Shown: positions 17,916 through 25,347 of the stretch, in pieces
How positions within the stretch are numbered: the stretch's first letter is position 1
Layout: the number at the start of each line of letters is the position of its first letter
Virus record (IMG/VR): IMGVR_UViG_3300028876_000002
DNA: 64,000 nt
Reading direction: 5' to 3' (one strand)
Origin: a virus
Program-made: the position numbers and the translations under genes
The notes under the pieces: generated by a model
The model's database searches: none
Seen by the model: only the letters and a program-made list of their open reading frames with translations
Told to the model about the DNA's origin: nothing

Positions 17916-18634
17916 TTCCACGCCACCCCCTGTTTGATTTCCAAAAGTGAAAATTGGTTGTCCGCCAGCACACCCATGACGTTGAGCCGGACCGGGCAAT
18001 TGTCGTTGCCAACGTCAAAATTGCAACCCCACAGCGCCGACATGCTCGACACCTGAACCGGCACCCCGTGGATGAGCGCCGTAACCGCGGCGGCGGAGCT
18101 GTGGGTCACGAGCAGGTGCGCGTTCTCCAGGTCGTGCGGCAGGGTGCTTGCAGCTTTCAGCTTGTCGCGGCCCCACGCGCGGAACACCACCGGCGAGGCG
18201 TGGGCCAGGCTCTGCATCGTGTCCTTCGCCCAGTCGCCCGGGTACTGGGCGATGTCACGCATGAACGCGTCCGACTGCGGACACACCAGCGTGTGGCTGG
18301 TGGCGGTCGGGTGCCGCCACGGCTGCAGCTTGATGCCCAACGCCGCGAACCGAAAGCCGTCAGACTTGAGGTCCACCGCGGGCACTTGGAACCTGTTCCT
18401 CGTGATCCGGAACTGCGCGTGCGGCTCCTTGAAGCCGCGGGTCTGGTCGAAGTACGAGTTGTCGATCGAGTAGTACGGCCGCCGGAACCGGCGCACCTCG
18501 CGCCAGTGCTCGATGTTGGTCTCGTTGACGCCGTAGAAGACCGCGGCGTTCTCCTTCAGATCGCCGCAGCCCTCCATGAAGGCGTCGAGGAGGACTTTGG
18601 CTTTCGGCTTGCCAAGGGTGGGGTAGGGGGTCAT
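17900..18634 (-). CDS. GT-B-like protein (capsule-synthesis/KpsS-like)
   Basis: IDNSYFD, VFR, LVTHSSAAAVTALIHGVPV. Confidence 0.6.
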   Translation of the reverse strand: MTPYPTLGKPKAKVLLDAFMEGCGDLKENAAVFYGVNETNIEHWREVRRFRRPYYSIDNSYFDQTRGFKEPHAQFRITRNRFQVPAVDLKSDGFRFAALGIKLQPWRHPTATSHTLVCPQSDAFMRDIAQYPGDWAKDTMQSLAHASPVVFRAWGRDKLKAASTLPHDLENAHLLVTHSSAAAVTALIHGVPVQVSSMSALWGCNFDVGNDNCPVRLNVMGVLADNQFSLLEIKQGVAWKWLSK

Positions 18635-18852
18635 TCGTCATGCTCCACGTAGCGATCCGCCGCGGTGTCCAGGTCGGTGGCGTCGAAGGGTGGCGTCTGC
18701 CACACCACGGCCGCCACAGGCGCCACCTGCTTCGACTGCTCGCGCAGCCAGCGCCAGCGGGCCGCGTCACGCTTCATTTCCTCGTCGCTCATTTCAGTCC
18801 TTCCAAGATTCTGGCGAAGGGTTCGCCGGTTGTGATTTCGTCTACGTGCCAC
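18631..18852 (-). CDS. hypothetical protein
   Basis: KRDAARWRWLRE motif seen in small phage ORFs; true start uncertain. Confidence 0.45.
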   Translation of the reverse strand: MARRRNHNRRTLRQNLGRTEMSDEEMKRDAARWRWLREQSKQVAPVAAVVWQTPPFDATDLDTAADRYVEHDE

Positions 18853-19583
18853 TGCCCGTGGCTCATGCGGTGGAGGGCCTCTTTACGGTACAGGTCGCAA
18901 ACCGGAACCCCACCACCGTGACGCGCTCTCCACGAGATTGCTGCCTGCTCGCAGACCCAGTGAGGCGCGCTGTAGTTCACCGGCACGCCCTCCACCAGAG
19001 CCCTGACCCCTGAGCCGCTGGACCAGATGACGCACGATTCAGCCTTCGCCAAGTCGGTCACCAGCGGCACCTTGGCGACGAAATTGCCAGGGTGAGACCT
19101 CACCTTGACCGGAAGCAGAATGATCTTCTTGAGGCTTTCGGCCATCTTGCGATCCCACCCTGGCGGGCTGGCCATGAGCTTCGAGCCGATGCCGCGCTGT
19201 GCGCACACCAGCACGTACTCACCACCCTCGCGCCACGGCTTGATCTCGAACCCGAGCTTCGTGAATCGGTCCTCGTCGCCCACCGGGAACCAGCCCGCGC
19301 CGTTGTGCTGGCCCACGCTGATCGCGTACATGGTCTTGTCTACCTTAGCTAAGTAGCCATTCTCCATGACGATGACGCTGCCGCCCCGGCGCTCCCAGTC
19401 CTCGGCCTCCGCCTCCTCGACGCCAGCTTTGCGGTTCCAGAGCACCAGCCAGTCGTCCTTGTGGAGTTGCGGGGCCTTGATGCTGGCCGCGAGCGCGAAC
19501 CCGCAGCGCAGGAGGCCCGACTCGATGGCCTGGCGGCGGTAGTGCGGCTCTTTGCGAACCTTGACGACGGCAATACGGCTCAT
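18789..19583 (-). CDS. GT-B-like protein (capsule-synthesis/KpsS-like), paralogue of 17900-18634
   Basis: MENGYL, RSHPG, VIWSSGSGVRALVEGVPV. Confidence 0.6.
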   Translation of the reverse strand: MSRIAVVKVRKEPHYRRQAIESGLLRCGFALAASIKAPQLHKDDWLVLWNRKAGVEEAEAEDWERRGGSVIVMENGYLAKVDKTMYAISVGQHNGAGWFPVGDEDRFTKLGFEIKPWREGGEYVLVCAQRGIGSKLMASPPGWDRKMAESLKKIILLPVKVRSHPGNFVAKVPLVTDLAKAESCVIWSSGSGVRALVEGVPVNYSAPHWVCEQAAISWRARHGGGVPVCDLYRKEALHRMSHGQWHVDEITTGEPFARILEGLK

Positions 19584-19915
19584 GGCTTGTTCTCGATCAC
19601 CAGCACGTCGGTGACGTTGCCGATCTTCAGTTGCGAAGGCGAGGCCTGGACCTCACCACCGTAGTCCTTGGTCTCCAGGCCCAGGAGCCCGCGGACGACG
19701 TTCGCCTGAGCGCGTGCCGCGACTCGGAAGTCACGGCTCTCGTCGCGCCGGGCGATCTGGTCCAGCAGGTGGAGCACGCCGGTGAGCCCAGCCCGCCGCT
19801 GCACGCCTGTCGGTACCATCTCGCCGTCCGGACCTTCGTTGGGGTTGCGCAGACGGCGTTCTTCACCGCCGTCCACGACATAGGCTTCAGTGCTGCTCAC
19901 GAGAAGTCCACGCAA
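19580..19915 (-). CDS. hypothetical protein
   Basis: Overlaps neighbours in operon. Confidence 0.5.
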   Translation of the reverse strand: MRGLLVSSTEAYVVDGGEERRLRNPNEGPDGEMVPTGVQRRAGLTGVLHLLDQIARRDESRDFRVAARAQANVVRGLLGLETKDYGGEVQASPSQLKIGNVTDVLVIENKP

Positions 19916-20298
19916 GAGTTGCCGTAGAGCACAGCCTGGAACAGCGCTACACGGTCAGCTTTCTGCAGCAGGTTCAACCGTTTGGCGACCGACGACGCAG
20001 CCAAGAACCGATCGTGGAAATCCCCGTCGTGTGTGACGATGATGTTCACCTCGCCGAGCGAGTAGGACTTGAAGCACGAGTCGGACACGAAGCCGAGTTT
20101 GTCGCTGATGTCCGAACCGTCGTGTCCGTAGCCGTTCGCCACCAGGAACGCTTGAGCTTCGTCCCACTGGTCCTCGCCTACCAGTACCAGCACGTCCAGG
20201 TCGGTGTCGGCGGGTGGCGGACTGCACGTCACGCGGCTGCCGACCAACGTTGCCGAGATCAAACCCGGCATGCCTTCAGGTATCGGGATACTGTTCAT
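19897..20298 (-). CDS. minimal nucleotidyltransferase (pol beta superfamily)
   Basis: LVGSR...DTDLDVLVLV signature. Confidence 0.7.
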   Translation of the reverse strand: MNSIPIPEGMPGLISATLVGSRVTCSPPPADTDLDVLVLVGEDQWDEAQAFLVANGYGHDGSDISDKLGFVSDSCFKSYSLGEVNIIVTHDGDFHDRFLAASSVAKRLNLLQKADRVALFQAVLYGNSCVDFS

Positions 20299-20897
20299 GT
20301 CCTCAACTCCTCTTCGATTGTGCTCATCGGGAAACAGGTCAGCGCGCTCAAGGGATCGCAGTTCACAACCGTGCAGCCGTGAGCCTTGAGATCATCCGCC
20401 ATCTTCGTGAACTTGTGGCGCCACTCATCTGGAAGCACCACCTGAGTGAGGGGTGCCGGGTGGTCTGGATGCCAGTGCTTGCGGCCGTCGATCACCCGCA
20501 TGGTGAAGCCCAGAAGCAGGATCCGCCGGCAGCCGAACAGGAACGCGAGATTGATCGCCTGGTACCCGCTGTTCCCGCCCGTGTGCAGCACGTTCAGGCC
20601 CAGGCCGGGCCGGTTGACACCCTTCACGCGGTTGATCTTGTAGTGGTGCTCAGCCTGGTGGTCGCAGGTCCAGCGCTGCATCGGCGCGGGGACCTCCTTG
20701 TGGTACTTCTTCCACCACTGCATGTCGCCTGCGTACGCTACGTCGGCCCAGGGCGCGGGCTTGAAGGTGGAGTTGACGGCAATCGACCTCAAAGGGCCGG
20801 TACTGCCGCCGACGTGCTCGACCTGCTCCTCGGTGAGACCTGGGCCACTGGCCAGGATGACGCAGGTCTTGCCGGACCAGTCGAGCAGCTTGCTCAT
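20295..20897 (-). CDS. Maf/DUF115-like (sialyltransferase-fold) protein
   Basis: VILASGPGL, IAVN, GGNSGYQAINLA..FG..RILLLGF, HWH. Confidence 0.7.
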   Translation of the reverse strand: MSKLLDWSGKTCVILASGPGLTEEQVEHVGGSTGPLRSIAVNSTFKPAPWADVAYAGDMQWWKKYHKEVPAPMQRWTCDHQAEHHYKINRVKGVNRPGLGLNVLHTGGNSGYQAINLAFLFGCRRILLLGFTMRVIDGRKHWHPDHPAPLTQVVLPDEWRHKFTKMADDLKAHGCTVVNCDPLSALTCFPMSTIEEELRT

Positions 20898-21448
20898 ACC
20901 CCGAACCACCGCTTCAGCGCGTGCTCGGTGATCGCGGTCACCTCACCCGCGGTCGCGATCCGCGGTTCGGCGCTGCCCCACTCCTGGCCAAGGGGCCAGA
21001 ACACCCGGGCCGACTCGTCGGTGGTGGGCGACTTGCGCATGAACGTGACGGTGCCGTCGTCGGCGTCGGTCTCGTGGATCTCGTTCGGCTCTTGCGAGTA
21101 GGTCTCTCCAGGGCGGTAGAACTCAGCAGGGAGGGCTCGCAGCCGAATACCCGCGGGTTCCGACTTCTTGAAGTACCCGTACCCCGGCTTGATAGTCATG
21201 TGCATGACCTCCGTGCCGTTCGCGTCTTCGACGTAGCGGCGGTTCGTCATCACCCCGGCAAGGATGGTCGAGTGCAGGCCCCACTGCAGGTGGTCGTGGA
21301 TCATGCTGACGCCCGGCTTGCGGAACCGCGAGTCCCAGACATGCAGCCGGCAGTGGTTTGGCAGGTGAAGTCGGAGCAAGCCCATGCCTTGCAGGGACCA
21401 CTCGAACGCATTGGCGTTGGTGAGGATGTGTTGCGCAAGTTCTCTCAC
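20894..21448 (-). CDS. cupin-fold protein (possible dioxygenase/epimerase)
   Basis: RLHVW...IHDH.W.LHS.ILAG and later EIH metal-binding pattern. Confidence 0.55.
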   Translation of the reverse strand: MRELAQHILTNANAFEWSLQGMGLLRLHLPNHCRLHVWDSRFRKPGVSMIHDHLQWGLHSTILAGVMTNRRYVEDANGTEVMHMTIKPGYGYFKKSEPAGIRLRALPAEFYRPGETYSQEPNEIHETDADDGTVTFMRKSPTTDESARVFWPLGQEWGSAEPRIATAGEVTAITEHALKRWFGV

Positions 21449-22005
21449 CGTGACACTCCTTGCAGCCTGTCGGCCACCAGCTTGGTATAGCCCGAGATGT
21501 CCACCCACGAGTCGTCGTAGTTCGGGTCGCCATTCAGGATCCTGGCGATCTTGTGGACGACCATCTTCAACGCCTCCTTCTGGTCGGCTGCCAGCGCCGA
21601 CCACTTCGGGCAGGCCCGCATCACGTCTTCCAGGTCCTGAGATATCTGAGCGTGGTCGGTGAACTTGCCGTAGCGCTTGCCGCGTTCGGTGAGGGTGTCG
21701 GTGAGGGTGTCGGTGAGGGTGTCGGTGGGCACCCCGATGACGGTGTTGGTCTCCGGGTCGTAGAGCATCCGACCTTCGGTCGGTACCGGCTGCTTGTCCA
21801 GCACCCCCGCGGCTGCCTTCAACTCCTCACCAGCCACGATCATCAGCCCTTGGGGGTCGTGCACCACGTCGTACGTGGCACGACGCTTCCCCGTCAAAGG
21901 GTTGAAGGCCCACGACTCGGTCGGGCACAGCTCCCGGTACTCCTCCGCCGTCAGTGAAACGTCAACGTGCCGGACACCGGTCACCGGGCTGTAGATCAAC
22001 TTCAT
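21445..22005 (-). CDS. DUF6378-like protein
   Basis: ERGKRYG.F...KIARILNGDPNYDDSWVDISGY. Confidence 0.75.
   Translation of the reverse strand: MKLIYSPVTGVRHVDVSLTAEEYRELCPTESWAFNPLTGKRRATYDVVHDPQGLMIVAGEELKAAAGVLDKQPVPTEGRMLYDPETNTVIGVPTDTLTDTLTDTLTERGKRYGKFTDHAQISQDLEDVMRACPKWSALAADQKEALKMVVHKIARILNGDPNYDDSWVDISGYTKLVADRLQGVSR
21689..21727. repeat. 12-bp tandem repeat x3 (TDTL)
   Basis: GGTGAGGGTGTC repeated within the DUF6378 ORF. Confidence 0.7.
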
Positions 22006-23414
22006 GATTCCAATCTCCTCTTCAGTGCTTGCAGCAGAACGTCTTGGACATCCTGCTTGGTTGAAATGCGTGCGATCACATCCTCGTCCACGGTATTACG
22101 AGCAACGATCTGATGGATAAAGACCGGTCGATCATGTCCGGCCTGAAGCTGACGGACCGGGCCGATCCGCTCGACGATCTGCTGCCTCTCTTCCAGTGAC
22201 CACCAGTGCGAGAAGAAGACCAGGATGTTGCCCCCGTCTTGCAAGTTGAGGCCGTGGCCCGCAGAAGCCGGGTGAGCAAGGAGGAGTCCGATCCGCCCCT
22301 CGTTCCAATCAAGTATTGTTTGTGGTTTCTTGTCGAGGACCCGGGCTTGCGGGAAGCGCCGCTGTATACGCGCAAGGTCAGACTTGAAGTGGTACGCAAC
22401 CAGTACCGACGCGCCGGCCGCCTCCTCAATGATGCTTTCGAGCGCTTGCAGTTTTTCATCGTGCATCTCCACCCACTCGTCGTTCGACCCGTTAATGTAT
22501 GCGGCTCCGCTCGCGAATTGAAGACATTTGATCGTCTTCGCAGCAGCGCCGAACGCCTCGATCTCGTTGTTCTCCAGCACCGTGTACAGCTCGCGCTCCA
22601 TCTCCTGGTAGTGCTTGCGCTGCTTCGGCGGCAGGTCCACGTAAAGAGTGTTTACAACCGGATCCTTCACGTCGAACCAGTCCTTCACGTCGAGCGTGAG
22701 GCACACGTCCTTGACCAGCACCTCGATCTCCTTCTGCGCGTGCGGGAAGGGGATCCTCTCGACGTACGCCTTGCCGGAGTTGTTCGCGGCGTCCTTCGCA
22801 TTCCGGAACCCGAACCACCGGTTCATGAACGCCGTGTAGGTGCTGCCCAGCCTGGCGCCCTGGTCGATGAACCACATCTGGCCCCACAGGTCTTTGACAC
22901 CGTTGGGTACCACAGTCCCTGTCAACCCAACCCAGCGCTTCACGTGCTTGTGGGCAACTTTGCTCAGCGCCTGCGCGCGCTTGCCGCCCTGCTTCGTACG
23001 GAAGTTTTTTGTGCGCGTGCACTCGTCTGCCACTACCATGTCCCAGAACCACTTGTCACCCACCGTCTCGATCAACCAGACCAGGTTGTCGTAGTTGGTA
23101 GTGTAGATGTCAGCCTTCACCTTCAAGGCCGCCAGGCGTTCGACTGGAGTGCCAACGATGGTCGACACACGCAGGTGTGAGAACTCGGCCCACTTCTTCA
23201 CCTCGTCCGGCCACGTGCTCTGGGCCACGCGCAGCGGGGCCAGCACCAACACCTTGCGGGCCGACCCGGACATCAGCAGGATGGAGATGGCCATCAGCAC
23301 CGAGCTTGTCTTTCCCATACCCATGGGCACCAACAGCATGCTGCGGTGGTGCTCCACGATGTGGTTCCACATCAGCGGCTGGAAGGGGCGAGGGGTGAGA
23401 TGGCGTAACGTCAT
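22002..23414 (-). CDS. SNF2-family helicase
   Basis: PMGMGKT, VADEC (DExx), GLTGT, HPASAGHGLNLQ. Confidence 0.92.
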   Translation of the reverse strand: MTLRHLTPRPFQPLMWNHIVEHHRSMLLVPMGMGKTSSVLMAISILLMSGSARKVLVLAPLRVAQSTWPDEVKKWAEFSHLRVSTIVGTPVERLAALKVKADIYTTNYDNLVWLIETVGDKWFWDMVVADECTRTKNFRTKQGGKRAQALSKVAHKHVKRWVGLTGTVVPNGVKDLWGQMWFIDQGARLGSTYTAFMNRWFGFRNAKDAANNSGKAYVERIPFPHAQKEIEVLVKDVCLTLDVKDWFDVKDPVVNTLYVDLPPKQRKHYQEMERELYTVLENNEIEAFGAAAKTIKCLQFASGAAYINGSNDEWVEMHDEKLQALESIIEEAAGASVLVAYHFKSDLARIQRRFPQARVLDKKPQTILDWNEGRIGLLLAHPASAGHGLNLQDGGNILVFFSHWWSLEERQQIVERIGPVRQLQAGHDRPVFIHQIVARNTVDEDVIARISTKQDVQDVLLQALKRRLES

Positions 23415-24022
23415 TGCACCGGTCTGCTTAGTGCTTCTTCTGGGGTCCACCCAGATACCACGATTCTGTACCGAATGGTGCTACTTTTCAGCTTGGTGCT
23501 CTCTGCCCACTGAGCCAATGTTTTTGTGACCCCGAATGCAGTAATCCGCAAGTTACCTCTCCGGTTGTTACCTTGGGTTTTTCTCGTGGCCCACACGCAA
23601 TTGCCAGGCCCGTAGCCTTCAGAGTTCCTCTCCCGCTCCAAGGTGTGCCAAGGCGTCGGTCGTGGCCCCATGTCCTGGTAAAACCGGCTGAATGTTGACC
23701 ACTTCTCGGAGACCTCCAACCCTCTCCCGCCGTAGTTACGGTAGGACTTGCTCTTCAAGTTGCTGCAGCGTTTCCACATGCCACACCAAACTCTGTACTC
23801 TGGTAGGTGCCCCATTCCGTGTTTTTCACCGTGGGTGCAACCGCACGACTCACTGTTCCCGGATTTCAGGTTGCAACCCTCCACCAAGCACAGGGCACCA
23901 CAGTCGCACACGCAATACCACTGAGTGCGACCGCCGTGGTCGGCACGAGGCATGTCCGGGCCCCGCTCCAGAACCTCCAACATGCCGAAACGCCTACCGG
24001 AGAGATCGACCAGTCTGCTCAT
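23411..24022 (-). CDS. free-standing homing endonuclease (HNH-like)
   Basis: DLSGRRFGML, WYCVCDCG, SCGC, YGGRGL, LERERNSEGYGPGNCVWAT. Confidence 0.8.
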   Translation of the reverse strand: MSRLVDLSGRRFGMLEVLERGPDMPRADHGGRTQWYCVCDCGALCLVEGCNLKSGNSESCGCTHGEKHGMGHLPEYRVWCGMWKRCSNLKSKSYRNYGGRGLEVSEKWSTFSRFYQDMGPRPTPWHTLERERNSEGYGPGNCVWATRKTQGNNRRGNLRITAFGVTKTLAQWAESTKLKSSTIRYRIVVSGWTPEEALSRPVQ

Positions 24023-24330
24023 GTCTTCAATCCTAGAAGTTCTGCGTCGCGTTTCCTGGCCCGTCGATCTGCGCACACCTGCGCCCGGGTCCTCGTCGGC
24101 TTCTTTGCATCCTTGCCGGGCCCGAGCCGGTAGATGCGAATGCTGCACCGGCCGAGGGAGTCCAACTCCCAACCCGAGATGTGGGCCGCGCCGGCCTTGT
24201 GCATGGCCTTGCCGTACTGCAGCACCGTGAGGTAGTGCAGGCCGGTCTCCGCGGCCAGCTCGCGGCACGTCATCGTGCCGTCGATCATGGCCTTGACGAG
24301 CATGGCCATCATCATGGCATTGACCTTCAT
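24019..24330 (-). CDS. winged-helix DNA-binding protein
   Basis: TCRELAAETGLHYLTV...W...IYRLG. Confidence 0.6.
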   Translation of the reverse strand: MKVNAMMMAMLVKAMIDGTMTCRELAAETGLHYLTVLQYGKAMHKAGAAHISGWELDSLGRCSIRIYRLGPGKDAKKPTRTRAQVCADRRARKRDAELLGLKT

Positions 24331-24614
24331 GCCAGCACCTCGTCCACCCGCTCGAACGAGTCCACGATCTCAACCTGCTGGCCGCGACGGCGCATGCGCT
24401 CGTGCTCACGGTCCTGCTGGCGCTCGTGGGCGTTGGACGGGAACCCAGCCGCCAGCCCAGATGCCTTGAGTTCAACCCACACGATCCGCCCGTCAGGGAA
24501 CATCACCACCCGGTCCGGGCAGCCCTTGCGCCCGACCCAGGCCGCCTTTCGGACCAGGCAGCCCTGGGCGTTGGCCTGCTCCACGAAGTACGCCTCGATC
24601 CTGCTCTCACGCAT
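24327..24614 (-). CDS. VRR-NUC nuclease
   Basis: RESRIE, GCPDR, VWVELK. Confidence 0.85.
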   Translation of the reverse strand: MRESRIEAYFVEQANAQGCLVRKAAWVGRKGCPDRVVMFPDGRIVWVELKASGLAAGFPSNAHERQQDREHERMRRRGQQVEIVDSFERVDEVLA

Positions 24615-24897
24615 TCTTGCGCTCCTTGGGTCGTGCCGTAACGTCTGCGTCGGGGATGCCGCTGATCGGGCGCAGGTAGTCGTCAGGGCACAGCACCTCG
24701 GTGCACATGCGGTACTGGAGATCGACCAAGCACAGCGTCACGAGAGGCCGACCCGTGGCCGTGCAGTGCCAGTACGGCCCGGGACCTGGTAGCCGCCAGT
24801 CGTAGTCGCGCTTGCCCACCTCGACGATCGCACCGATGTTCTCAGGCCGCTCGTCCTTGATGATGATCGCCAGATCGCCGGTTTTCACGTTCGTCAT
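24607..24897 (-). CDS. hypothetical protein
   Basis: KTGDLAII...DDYLRPI motif common in betaproteobacterial phage ORFs. Confidence 0.55.
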   Translation of the reverse strand: MTNVKTGDLAIIIKDERPENIGAIVEVGKRDYDWRLPGPGPYWHCTATGRPLVTLCLVDLQYRMCTEVLCPDDYLRPISGIPDADVTARPKERKNA

Positions 24898-24898
24898 G

Positions 24899-25135
24899 TC
24901 AACTCCTGTCAACCCACCTGTAAACCGCTGACCTGTCACGCGACCCGTCTCTGACGATAAGGCCCTCGGCTTCGAGCACGGCGAAGTACCGAGCCGTGGT
25001 GTCTACGCCGGCACCTGTCACCTTCACGACTTCGCGCACGGTCCTGGGGGTCCTCCACAACAGCCCTACCACGTCCCCAAACTTGCCGATCCACGTACCC
25101 GGTGACTTCGCGTTCACGCGTGTGCTTCTGGTCAT
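24899..25135 (-). CDS. small winged-helix protein
   Basis: TVREVVKVTG...LEAEGLI...VYRW. Confidence 0.5.
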   Translation of the reverse strand: MTRSTRVNAKSPGTWIGKFGDVVGLLWRTPRTVREVVKVTGAGVDTTARYFAVLEAEGLIVRDGSRDRSAVYRWVDRS

Positions 25136-25344
25136 GGCAGCACCTTGAACGGGTCGTCGATCTGGCACACGTGCTCGCCCGGACCGAGGTTGAAGAGGAC
25201 CCACTTGCCGGTCTGCTGGCGCCAGCGCACGTCGCGGCTCCCGCAACGGTTGCAACGGGTCAGGGGTCGGTACTCGTCGTCCAGGTTCTCGTCCTCATCA
25301 CCGTCCCACAACCGATCGAAGTGGTCGTCTGCGATCTCACCCAT
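25132..25344 (-). CDS. small zinc-finger-like protein
   Basis: CNRCG...W...HVC. Confidence 0.55.
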   Translation of the reverse strand: MGEIADDHFDRLWDGDEDENLDDEYRPLTRCNRCGSRDVRWRQQTGKWVLFNLGPGEHVCQIDDPFKVLP

Positions 25345-25347
25345 GCC

